Sequence record: SRR20825006_530
Reading direction: 5' to 3' (one strand)
Length of the DNA: 33,668 bases
The translations under genes and the position numbers were made by a program. Shown piece by piece: positions 1-8,678 of this stretch (position 1 is its first letter; every line of letters begins with the position of its first letter). The notes under the pieces were generated by a model. The model was not told where the DNA came from. It was given only the letters and a program-made list of their open reading frames with translations, and did not search any database.

Positions 1-1131
1 CGAGCCGTCATGGCCGGTGTTCATGGCCTGCAGCAGATCGAACGCTTCGGGTCCACGCACCTCGCCCACAATGATTCGTTCAGGACGCATACGCAGACAG
101 TTCTTGACCAGTTCGCGCATCGTGATCTCGCCGGAGCCTTCGATATTGGGCGGGCGGGTTTCCAGGCGCACCACATGTGGCTGCTGCAACTGAAGCTCCG
201 CCGAGTCTTCGCATGTAATTACGCGCTCGGTCGGATCGATAAAGCCGGTCAGACAGTTCAACAGCGTGGTCTTCCCGGAACCGGTACCGCCCGAGATCAG
301 GATGTTACAGCGCGAATGTCCGATGATACGCAGAAGTTCTGCGCCTGGCTCTGAAATGGACCCGAAGTTCACAAGATCCTGCAGACGCAACTTGTCCTTT
401 TTGAACTTACGAATTGTGAGCGTTGGCCCATCAATCGCCAGCGGCGGGGCAATCACGTTCACACGTGAGCCGTCAAGAAGGCGGGCGTCACAGATCGGGG
501 AAGAGTCATCTACGCGGCGGCCGACCTGGCTCACAATGCGCTGACAAATATTCATCAGCTGGGCATTGTCACGAAACCGGATATTGGTGCGTTCAATCTT
601 TCCGTTGACCTCGATATAGGTCGTATCGGCACCGTTCACCATGATATCGGCGATATCATCGCGCGCCAGCAATGGCTCCAGCGGGCCGTACCCCAGAACG
701 TCGTTACAAATGTCGTCGAGCAGTTGTTCCTGCTCGGAAATCGACATTACAACATTCTTGATACTGATAATCTCGACGACGATGTCGCGAATCTCTTCAC
801 GCGCGCTTTCGGCATCCAGCTGCGCGAGTTGCGACAGGTCGATCGTGTCGATCAACGCATTGAAGATGGTCATCTTCGTCGCATAATACTGGTCTGACTG
901 CTGGTTCACCTTGCGAACCGGTTCCGGCTTGGCTTCCGGCGCCTGCACGCGCACGGGTTTGGAACCACCCGCCGACGGAGGTTTCGGCGCGCCCTTCACC
1001 GGCACCGGGTCGGGCACAGGTGGCTTTTTGGGCGTCGGCTTCGGCTTCACCTCAGCCGCCGGGGCCGGCTTTGGAGCTGGCGCTGGTGCTGTTAGTTGCG
1101 CGCTTGAGGCAGGTCGTTTTCCAAAGGCCAT
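1..1131 (-). CDS. cpaF: Tad pilus secretion ATPase CpaF/TadA (3' end runs off the window)
   Basis: Manual minus-strand translation from ATG 1131 ([10 protein letters not shown]...). It contains Walker [11 protein letters not shown] and [32 protein letters not shown]. Lies directly downstream of cpaE; absent from the ORF track because it is truncated. Confidence 0.95.
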   Translation of the reverse strand, partial: MAFGKRPASSAQLTAPAPAPKPAPAAEVKPKPTPKKPPVPDPVPVKGAPKPPSAGGSKPVRVQAPEAKPEPVRKVNQQSDQYYATKMTIFNALIDTIDLSQLAQLDAESAREEIRDIVVEIISIKNVVMSISEQEQLLDDICNDVLGYGPLEPLLARDDIADIMVNGADTTYIEVNGKIERTNIRFRDNAQLMNICQRIVSQVGRRVDDSSPICDARLLDGSRVNVIAPPLAIDGPTLTIRKFKKDKLRLQDLVNFGSISEPGAELLRIIGHSRCNILISGGTGSGKTTLLNCLTGFIDPTERVITCEDSAELQLQQPHVVRLETRPPNIEGSGEITMRELVKNCLRMRPERIIVGEVRGPEAFDLLQAMNTGHDGS

Positions 1132-1150
1132 ATGAAATTCCCCCTAGGGG

Positions 1151-2539
1151 TCACTTTCCCAGCAATTTCTTAAGGAACGACTTCTCCTGAGGCTCCACCG
1201 CCCGGCCTGTCAGCGTGGATGCCAGATGGTCGATGGCCTGCGCCGACTTAGACGCCGGATCCGTTTCAGAGATCATCTGGCCGTTATTCGCGGCCGTACC
1301 GAACAGCTCAGGATCGAAAGGCAGAATGACATCCGGCTCTACACCGATGGCAGCCGCGAAATCCTTCACCGGAATTTCCGGACGTTTTGGCACTCCGCTC
1401 ATATTCAGCACGAGACGCGGTGGATGGTCGTTCGGCCGCTTTGCCTTGAGCTGGTCAATCATGTTCTTGCCGTTCCGAAGCGATGCGAGATCTGGCTGGC
1501 AGACCACAATCACTTCATCAGAGGCAATCAATGTGCTGAGCATCCAGCTTGACCAGATATGCGGTAAGTCAAGCACGAGGTACGGCACATTACGCCGTAC
1601 GCCCTCAATCACGGTGGTGTAGGCTTCGTCCGGAATATCCATGATCTGATTGATCGTGGCGGGCGCTGTAAACAAGGACAGTCGGTCTGTCGGCTTAGCC
1701 AGCAAACGTTCAATAACGGATTCGTCGGCGCGCTCCGGTGCGAGCAGCGCATCAGCCACTGTCTGAGGCGTCTCCTGATTGAAGTCCAGAGCCGTCGTTC
1801 CGAAGGAAAGGTCCAGGTCCACAAGCGTGGTATTGACCTTGACGTTCTCAGCAAGCGCCCAAGACAAATTGTGCGCGATTGTCGAGGCCCCTACTCCGCC
1901 CTTTGCGCCCACAACAGAGATCTGCTTTCCGACAAATGGCGAGTCCGGGTTGACGAACAACTCACCGATTGAACGGATGATTTGCAAGGGCTGGAACGGC
2001 GGCACCAGATACTCACTCACGCCGCGCGCAATGAGCTGTCGATACAGCATGATATCGTTGACGGCACCGATCACCATGACTTTGACAGTCTCGTCGCAAT
2101 GCTCAGCAAGCGCATCGATTTCACGAACAACCTGCCCAGCCGATTCCGACGATTCAATCATCAGCAGATTGGGAGTCGGATTCTCGCTCATATACGCAAT
2201 GGCCGCGGGAATGCCGCCGGGGATGCATTCGACCGTAGCCCGGCCCATACGTCGGTCTTGCGCGCTGACTTCCAGCAGGCCGCGTGTTTCCGCGCGCTCA
2301 TAGAACAGCTTGATGGATATGGCGGGCAACATGACGTCGCCACCGCTCGGCTCTGAATGTCCAAGGCCATGCGTATCATTGTCTGCAGTCAGGCCCATGG
2401 GCGCGCCTTCGGCAACAGCCTGGTCCACGCTGTCGTCAACCTCATTGAGGTCGATATCAGACGGTGTGTGGTCGGACATCGAATCTTCGGAAAAGACGTC
2501 CTCGAAATCGTCGTCGAACAATGCGTTTTCGTTTGACAT
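1151..2539 (-). CDS. cpaE: Pilus assembly protein CpaE/TadZ (receiver-like plus MinD/ParA-like ATPase domain)
   Basis: Deviant Walker A GAKGGVGASTIAHN, LVDLDLSFGT motif, C-terminal amphipathic FLKKLLGK; position between cpaD and cpaF. Confidence 0.93.
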   Translation of the reverse strand: MSNENALFDDDFEDVFSEDSMSDHTPSDIDLNEVDDSVDQAVAEGAPMGLTADNDTHGLGHSEPSGGDVMLPAISIKLFYERAETRGLLEVSAQDRRMGRATVECIPGGIPAAIAYMSENPTPNLLMIESSESAGQVVREIDALAEHCDETVKVMVIGAVNDIMLYRQLIARGVSEYLVPPFQPLQIIRSIGELFVNPDSPFVGKQISVVGAKGGVGASTIAHNLSWALAENVKVNTTLVDLDLSFGTTALDFNQETPQTVADALLAPERADESVIERLLAKPTDRLSLFTAPATINQIMDIPDEAYTTVIEGVRRNVPYLVLDLPHIWSSWMLSTLIASDEVIVVCQPDLASLRNGKNMIDQLKAKRPNDHPPRLVLNMSGVPKRPEIPVKDFAAAIGVEPDVILPFDPELFGTAANNGQMISETDPASKSAQAIDHLASTLTGRAVEPQEKSFLKKLLGK

Positions 2540-2565
2540 TATCTACTAAGTCCTTCTCGTCCCCA

Positions 2566-3276
2566 CTAGTTGCCGACCGCAGTCGACACAGAACCTGACT
2601 CGGCATCGCTCCGCTCGGCGCCGGTTGACTCGCCCTCGCGGAACTTTCCAAGGATTGTGCTTCGGCGCACGGGATCGCCCTCATCCAAAGCGCGCTGGCC
2701 CAACAAGTCGCCCGGATCCGATATCATTGCCGCAAGATTGGTCCGGATTGAGCAGCCAAGAGTAGGCAACTCATTGTTGGATGAAATGTCTGCCATGTTC
2801 AGGGAGGCGAGCGACGGGCAATCCGGCGCAATCGCATCATAGGCCTGATAAGCAAGGATCATCGGTTCCGACACAGTCGATTCTGCACCATGGCTGCTGC
2901 CCGAGATCTCTTCGTACTCCACGCCATTTTCCCACGCGATTTCGCGGGCTTCAGCAACGGCGGATACCGCGAACTGGGGATTGGATGACGATTCCGGCAG
3001 CGACATGATCAGCGGGCCGTGGCCAACCGATCGGTAGCTGGCCACAAAGTTCTGGATGCGAGCCTTGTCACTCAGGCTCAGCTGGCTGGCCTCCGGGTGA
3101 ATGTCGATCTCAAGAAATTCCGTGCGCTTTGCAACAGTAATTGGATTGCGATCAAGCGGCGTACCCTGAAGATATGATGCCGGCACGGCAGTCGGTGCCG
3201 CGCTGGAACAGCCCGTCACGGTCAGGGCGCCGAGCGCCGCGGCCAGAGCAAGAGGTGAAGTCAATAGCCTGGTCAT
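2566..3276 (-). CDS. cpaD: Pilus assembly lipoprotein CpaD
   Basis: Signal peptide with lipobox-like LTVTGC from ATG 3276; C-terminal LGCSIRTNLAAMISDPGDLL typical of CpaD; gene order. Confidence 0.85.
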   Translation of the reverse strand: MTRLLTSPLALAAALGALTVTGCSSAAPTAVPASYLQGTPLDRNPITVAKRTEFLEIDIHPEASQLSLSDKARIQNFVASYRSVGHGPLIMSLPESSSNPQFAVSAVAEAREIAWENGVEYEEISGSSHGAESTVSEPMILAYQAYDAIAPDCPSLASLNMADISSNNELPTLGCSIRTNLAAMISDPGDLLGQRALDEGDPVRRSTILGKFREGESTGAERSDAESGSVSTAVGN

Positions 3277-3286
3277 CCTGGGTCCC

Positions 3287-4852
3287 CTACTCCTCAATAA
3301 ATCCAACGGGTGCACGATAGTCGGAAGCATCTACCTTTGCGCCGTTCTTGCCATATTGCTCATTGATCTTTCCGAAGAAGATGGTCTTTGCGTCCGACGC
3401 ATTTGCGAAGCCATCTGCCGGTGTCCGCAACTGATCCTTGGACGTTGGATCCACCAGATACGGAGTGACGATCACGACCAGTTCGGTCTCTTCCTGAATG
3501 AAGTCACGTGATTGGAACAAAGCCCCAAGGATCGGCAACTTCTTCAGGCCTGGAACTTGGTCAAGGCTCTGACGTGACCGTGTCTGGATGAGACCTGCCA
3601 TCATCATGGAGCCGCCGGACGGAAGTTCAATCGTCGATTCAGCGCGCCGCACTGACAAGGCTGGTAGTGTCACGCCCTCCACTGTCACAACATTGCCGGA
3701 ATCATCAATCGTCGTTGTGCTGGTTCCCTGAAAGGCACCTTCTGACGAGAGCTCTGATACTTCAGTCGACACTTTCAGCGAAATGCGCCCTTCCGACAGC
3801 ACGACCGGCGTGAAGCCAAGGCCAACACCATAGGGTTTGAACTCGACGGTAATGCGTCCGTTATTGTCCTGGCCGACAGGAACCGGGAATTCACCCCCGG
3901 CAAGGAATTTCGCAGCTTCGCCAGACATGGCGACAATATTCGGTTCGGCCAGCGTGCGCACGACGCCAATCCGCTCCAATGCATTGATTTCGGCCCCGAT
4001 ACTGGATTGCAAATCCGTACCGACATAGTTTTGGTAACCAATTGTGCCACCGAAGCCGCCAAGGCTCTGTCCCTGAACCGGATAGCTCAGTGAACTGCCG
4101 ATATCGCCATTGAAAGAATATGGCAGGCCCGGCGCAAGCGCGGTGGTCCCGGAATCCACCGGCACACCGCTTCCATTATCCACAAATAGCTGCCGCTCCA
4201 CCAATGCAGCCAGATCTCCGAAACCCGGCGATCCGGTCAAATTGATTCCCAACTGCTTGACGGCATTGCGTTGCATCTCGACGATGCGCACTTCCAGAAG
4301 CACCTGGTCTTTCGCAGCGATGCTGATCATGTTGATGACTTGCGTGTTTTCGCCAGCCTGCACATAGGCAGAGACGAGACGCTCAACGGCATTGGATGCG
4401 CTCAAACTGTCTGCCGAACCAGTCAGAACCACGCTGCCATTCATGCCTTCAATGCGCACACGGGCGCCGGGCACATGGCGTGCCACGAGCTGCTCCAGCG
4501 ATGCCATGTCCATCTCGACCCCGATTTCGAGATTGAGGATCTGATTGCCGGCATTGTCGAATACGAACGCATTGGTCTGTCCAAAGCTCACGCCCCGGAA
4601 GATGATACGTTTCGCTGTCTGCACGACCGCGTCGGCAATGTCCGGATTGGTGATGACGACATCGGCGGCCGGAGTGTCGAGTTCGACAATCATCGACTTG
4701 TTCAGGCCGAGTGTGACCTGTTGGCTGTATTCCGATTGACCCGGATGCGTGATCCGTGTCCCCAAACTATCTGATTGGGCTTGTGCCACCGGAACGAGCG
4801 CAATGGCTGATGCCAATGCTGCAAGACCCGGTAAAATCCTGGACAATTTCAT
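3287..4852 (-). CDS. cpaC: Tad pilus secretin CpaC/RcpA
   Basis: Signal peptide; secretin motifs LAEPNIVAMSGEAAKFLAGGEFPVP and VPGLKKLPILGALF...ETELVVIVTPYLV. Confidence 0.95.
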   Translation of the reverse strand: MKLSRILPGLAALASAIALVPVAQAQSDSLGTRITHPGQSEYSQQVTLGLNKSMIVELDTPAADVVITNPDIADAVVQTAKRIIFRGVSFGQTNAFVFDNAGNQILNLEIGVEMDMASLEQLVARHVPGARVRIEGMNGSVVLTGSADSLSASNAVERLVSAYVQAGENTQVINMISIAAKDQVLLEVRIVEMQRNAVKQLGINLTGSPGFGDLAALVERQLFVDNGSGVPVDSGTTALAPGLPYSFNGDIGSSLSYPVQGQSLGGFGGTIGYQNYVGTDLQSSIGAEINALERIGVVRTLAEPNIVAMSGEAAKFLAGGEFPVPVGQDNNGRITVEFKPYGVGLGFTPVVLSEGRISLKVSTEVSELSSEGAFQGTSTTTIDDSGNVVTVEGVTLPALSVRRAESTIELPSGGSMMMAGLIQTRSRQSLDQVPGLKKLPILGALFQSRDFIQEETELVVIVTPYLVDPTSKDQLRTPADGFANASDAKTIFFGKINEQYGKNGAKVDASDYRAPVGFIEE

Positions 4853-4854
4853 TT

Positions 4855-5697
4855 TCAGCTTCCCCCCGGCCCGGCATTTGACGCTTTGCCGTTCCGATAA
4901 ATCAGAATGCCACCATTGCTGTTGCCGCCATTCTCAAGCATGTCGATCCGTGCTGCCCGGTCATAGCTATCCCCAACATCCGACCAGGGACGCAGCGATA
5001 GCGAAAGCGCGCCTTTGCGCTGCGAAAGCGCAATCAGTTCGGCTTCCTTGCTATCCACTTCCAGCGTGGCCGTATTGCCCACTTGAGAGGCGCCGCCTTC
5101 ATCATATGTCAGGTAGACCTGATCGATCGCCAGTACACGCACGTTCTGAATAATGGTTTCGGTGGCAGTCTGCGGCACCATTTCGCCATTCATCTGCATC
5201 GTGGCTTGATATGTCAGGATCACATCCACCCGATCATTCGGCAAAATAAAGCCGCCGGATGCCGATTCTGTAGATATTTCGACGGACATGGCGCGCATGC
5301 CGGGCTCAATCAGCGCGGCCATCGTGCCCGTATCACCCTTCTTCACCAGCTTGCGAGGCAGGATCGGCTCATTCTCGAAGATAGGCACCCGCACGACACT
5401 GCCGGCCAGCTCCTCTATCGCCTCCGGTGAATCGGTCTCCGTGCGATAGCCAGCAACAATACTCTTTTCCGGCCAGTCCGCCCATTCCAGATCATCCACG
5501 GTCACGAGATCACCGATGTCCAGGTCACGGCGTGCAACAAGCACTTTCGTCTCGGACACTTCGCGCGTTTCGACCACGGTCTGCTGCTCAGTCTGGATCG
5601 TCGGCGCAGGTGCCTGCGCGAGATTGCGGACAAGGAAAGCCGCCGCAATTGCGGCAACCGCAGCGCCGATCAGGATGATTAGACGAATTGGCGACAT
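4855..5697 (-). CDS. cpaB: Flp pilus assembly protein CpaB/RcpC
   Basis: N-terminal TM, SAF-like VLVARRDL, GMRAMSV...GGFILPNDRVDVILT...QNVRVLAIDQ. GAGGAG RBS before ATG 5697. Confidence 0.92.
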   Translation of the reverse strand: MSPIRLIILIGAAVAAIAAAFLVRNLAQAPAPTIQTEQQTVVETREVSETKVLVARRDLDIGDLVTVDDLEWADWPEKSIVAGYRTETDSPEAIEELAGSVVRVPIFENEPILPRKLVKKGDTGTMAALIEPGMRAMSVEISTESASGGFILPNDRVDVILTYQATMQMNGEMVPQTATETIIQNVRVLAIDQVYLTYDEGGASQVGNTATLEVDSKEAELIALSQRKGALSLSLRPWSDVGDSYDRAARIDMLENGGNSNGGILIYRNGKASNAGPGGS

Positions 5698-5786
5698 GAG
5701 GCCCCACTCCTCTGGAAACAAGACTCCGCGGACGGCCCTGAACGATTCAGAGTGGTCCGGTCAAAGGCGACCTTTTCACAAGGCCA

Positions 5787-5802
5787 CTAAAGCATCGTTA
5801 AC
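5787..5802. promoter_or_regulatory. CtrA-like box upstream of cpaB
   Basis: CTAA-AGCATCG-TTAAC, one mismatch to TTAA-N7-TTAAC; overlaps the cpaA stop codon, ~90 bp before cpaB. Confidence 0.55.
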
Positions 5803-6313
5803 TGAAAAGACTGATCCGGCTTAATACATCGGTAAGAAATGGCGACTGGGGACCGGCGGCAAAAACACCCGCAGCAATCGCGACTCCATAGGGAACGCCC
5901 GCCTTTTCCTCGAAAGGGGCGCGGACAGCTCCCGGAACCACTTCAACCGGCATGGTCTTGCGAACCAGAATGATGAGGATGGCGCATGCGCCACCCGCTA
6001 CAGCCATCACGAACAGGAATGTGATGCTGGCACTCGGCCCGACCCAAAGCATCACGGCAGGGATCATCTTGGCGTCCCCTCCCCCAACGATATTGAACGC
6101 GAACAAGCCGAACGCGATCAGGAAGGCACACAAGGCAGTAATAAGGTGTCCCACGATGATTTCCATCGGAACGCCTGAAACGAACGCTGCCGGCACGAAC
6201 AACACTGCGAGCGTCACGTTCAACCAGTTCGGAATCGTCAGGCGATTCACATCATGAAGCGCTGCAAAAACGCACAAGGCCAGGAACAGGCCGGCAATCA
6301 TGGCCAGGATCAT
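5798..6313 (-). CDS. cpaA: Prepilin peptidase CpaA/TadV (A24 family)
   Basis: Hydrophobic protein with HD...IPN and GGGDAK catalytic motifs and C-terminal VPYGVAI; next to pilA. Confidence 0.93.
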   Translation of the reverse strand: MILAMIAGLFLALCVFAALHDVNRLTIPNWLNVTLAVLFVPAAFVSGVPMEIIVGHLITALCAFLIAFGLFAFNIVGGGDAKMIPAVMLWVGPSASITFLFVMAVAGGACAILIILVRKTMPVEVVPGAVRAPFEEKAGVPYGVAIAAGVFAAGPQSPFLTDVLSRISLFS

Positions 6314-6394
6314 TGAGGGCTTCCTTCAAGTCTGTTGCGAAGCATGCTGACCCAAAAGATTGAAGGAAGTTTTTAAGCTCCGCCGTATGAGCAT

Positions 6395-6429
6395 AAAAAA
6401 GAAGCCGCCAGGTTTTCCCCGGCGGCTCC
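6395..6429 (-). terminator. Rho-independent terminator after pilA
   Basis: Minus strand: GGAGCCGCCGGG-GAAAA-CCTGGCGGCTTC followed by TTTTTT. Confidence 0.85.
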
Positions 6430-6461
6430 ATTTGTATAGCAAGACTAAATAAGTCTTGGTC

Positions 6462-6623
6462 TTAGGCTGCGTTCATGTCGTCGGCAACGCCCTGGAACTT
6501 TTCGTTCACAGAATTACCGAGGGCGGTAGCACCGCCGATGATAGCAACAGCGATAAGCGCAGCGATCAGACCGTATTCAATAGCCGTAGCGCCGGACTCG
6601 TCTTTCAGAAAACGTGCAAACAT
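6462..6623 (-). CDS. pilA: Flp family type IVb major pilin (53 aa)
   Basis: Manual translation MFARFLKDESGATAIEYGLIAALIAVAIIGGATALGNSVNEKFQGVADDMNAA*. Has the Flp G/ATAIEY processing motif and a GGGAG RBS; below the ORF-track size cutoff. Confidence 0.97.
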   Translation of the reverse strand: MFARFLKDESGATAIEYGLIAALIAVAIIGGATALGNSVNEKFQGVADDMNAA

Positions 6624-6929
6624 TGGAAACTCCCATCATGCAATTGTTATTGCCCCGGCAATAATCCTCTACCCGGAACATGACTGACACTACCGGTTCA
6701 TTCTCAATATCGCGTGAAAGAAAACAGAAAATCCGTGAAGGCAAAACAGGGTTTCGTTTACCTTCTTAGTGCCCGCAAATATTGGGCTTTTGGTGATTCG
6801 GAAATTGCCGGTCCAGTCCCATATAATGACTAGAACAGCGAAATTTGGTCGTCGTGGGTACGCTATTAGGAAACGTGCAACCTTATTGGAAGAATGTGCG
6901 CGGGCTGAATTAAGTCTGGAGACAGCAAG

Positions 6930-7373
6930 ATGAATCTGTTCGCGAAAATCTGCACACTGCCGGTTGCCGCTGCGCTTGTGTCCCAAATCGCGGTCGCGGG
7001 CCCTCTGTCGGTAGAAGTGAACAAAACCATACCGGTTCACTTGCGCAGTGCAGCTGCCAGCGTCGTCCTGGGCAATCAGACAATCGCAGACGTTGCGGTC
7101 CATGATGAGAAGCTCATCTTCATTACAGGCAAGACGTTTGGCACCACCAATTTGCTGATTTTCGACAAATCTGGCCGCCAGATCTATTCCACAGACATCC
7201 TTGTTGTCGCGAATGAAGCGAATGTGGTGACGATCAACCGGTCAGGATCCAACTATACATATGACTGTGCACCTACCTGCCGCTCAACCCTCAGCGTTGG
7301 CGATGCTCCGGAGCACTTCGAACAGTATATCGATCAGCAAACGGGCGTGAAGGCACTGTCCGACAGTAATTGA
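6930..7373 (+). CDS. Pilus assembly protein with secretin-like N-terminal domain (CpaI-like)
   Basis: Signal peptide; SVVLGNQTIADV...GKTFGTTNLLIFD resembles the N-terminus of CpaC in this window (VVITNPDIADA...GVSFGQTNAFVFD); YDCAPTC motif. Confidence 0.8.
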   Translation: MNLFAKICTLPVAAALVSQIAVAGPLSVEVNKTIPVHLRSAAASVVLGNQTIADVAVHDEKLIFITGKTFGTTNLLIFDKSGRQIYSTDILVVANEANVVTINRSGSNYTYDCAPTCRSTLSVGDAPEHFEQYIDQQTGVKALSDSN

Positions 7374-7496
7374 TTGACGGTTCGTACCGTTTCTCTGACC
7401 CGAATACATAAAATTCGACAGATTCGCGAAACTGGCTGATCACCCACATCTGATAGACACCTCACCTGATCAAATGGGTCTGTGTGGGTGACGACA

Positions 7497-8054
7497 ATGA
7501 CATTACAACTTGGCATTCTTGCGCCACGACTGCGCAGCAAGTTCAAGGCATGGTGTGAAAACCGGCGCGGTGCGACCGCCGTCGAGTTTGCGCTCGTATC
7601 CGTCCCTTTCTTCTTCCTGATCTTCGGCCTGCTGGAAATCTGCCTGATATTCATCATGTCCACAGTACTCGAACATGCGTTGGCGGAAGCCTCCAGAAAG
7701 ATCCGTACCGGACAGGCCCAGGACAACAGCTTCACAAAAGTCGAGTTCCGGAACGAAGTCTGCTCAAAGTTCTACAATCTGCTCAATTGCGATGATCGCC
7801 TCTATATTGACGTGCGCTCGCTCGACAAGTTCAGCCTCGCCGACCTGACCACGCCGTTGGCCGGTGACGGTGAAATTGATGATACCGACTTCAAATATGA
7901 TCCCGGCTCGGCCAATGATATTGTGGCTGTGCGTGTCTATTATGAGTGGTCCCTCATGACCCCGTGGGTATCGACACCTTTGTCCAACCTTCCAAACAAT
8001 CGCCACCTGCTTCAGGCCAATGCGGTGTTCCGCAACGAGCCTTTCGGAGATTGA
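7497..8054 (+). CDS. TadE/TadG family minor pilin (CpaJ-like)
   Basis: RRGATAVEFALV prepilin motif followed by a TM helix; C-terminal FRNEPF. Confidence 0.9.
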   Translation: MTLQLGILAPRLRSKFKAWCENRRGATAVEFALVSVPFFFLIFGLLEICLIFIMSTVLEHALAEASRKIRTGQAQDNSFTKVEFRNEVCSKFYNLLNCDDRLYIDVRSLDKFSLADLTTPLAGDGEIDDTDFKYDPGSANDIVAVRVYYEWSLMTPWVSTPLSNLPNNRHLLQANAVFRNEPFGD

Positions 8055-8665
8055 TGACCATGACCAAGAAATCCCTGCTCTCTCGACTTAATCCCCGTCT
8101 CAAATGGCGCGGTGTGCGCGGCATTCGCTATAATGAGGAAGGTGTCTCTGCGGTCGAATTTGCGTTGATCGCACCGATCCTGATTTTCATCTATCTGGGC
8201 GCGGTCGAGCTGAGCCTGCTGATGCGGGTGGATCGCCGCGTCACATCAACCACGGCGAGCCTTGGCGACCTGACCGCACGTCTCGCAACGGTCACCGACG
8301 AAGACATGGAAGAAATGTTTGCCGCCGCAGAAGTCATGATGCAGCCATATGAGGCACAGAGCGCCACCATGCGGATCACCAGCATCGTCGACAGTGGAGA
8401 CGGCAAGGCCGTTGTCGCATGGTCAGACGCCTACAAGATGACCGCCTATTCCAAAGGCGCGACGGTCACGGTCCCAAGCGGGATCATCTCGTCGCCAGGA
8501 TCGATCATCTTGTCCGAAGTCGTCTATGAGTATGACAGCAAGATTGGTGGCTTCCTCAACACAACGATGACGATCGACGATGAATTCTATCTCCGTCCTC
8601 GCCGTGTCGACGCAATTGCCCGCGTGACCCTCGGAACAGGCGATTCTTTCGGCCCGACCAGCTAG
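8054..8665 (+). CDS. TadE/TadF family minor pilin (CpaK-like)
   Basis: EEGVSAVEFALIAP prepilin motif, C-terminal FYLRPR; TGATG stop/start overlap with the upstream gene (alternative start 8060). Confidence 0.88.
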   Translation: MTMTKKSLLSRLNPRLKWRGVRGIRYNEEGVSAVEFALIAPILIFIYLGAVELSLLMRVDRRVTSTTASLGDLTARLATVTDEDMEEMFAAAEVMMQPYEAQSATMRITSIVDSGDGKAVVAWSDAYKMTAYSKGATVTVPSGIISSPGSIILSEVVYEYDSKIGGFLNTTMTIDDEFYLRPRRVDAIARVTLGTGDSFGPTS

Positions 8666-8678
8666 GTTCCCCTGCCCT

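Noticed and set aside
1141-1150. CCCCTAGGGG palindrome between cpaE and cpaF
   Set aside because: No loop or U-tract, and it is largely explained by the cpaF RBS.
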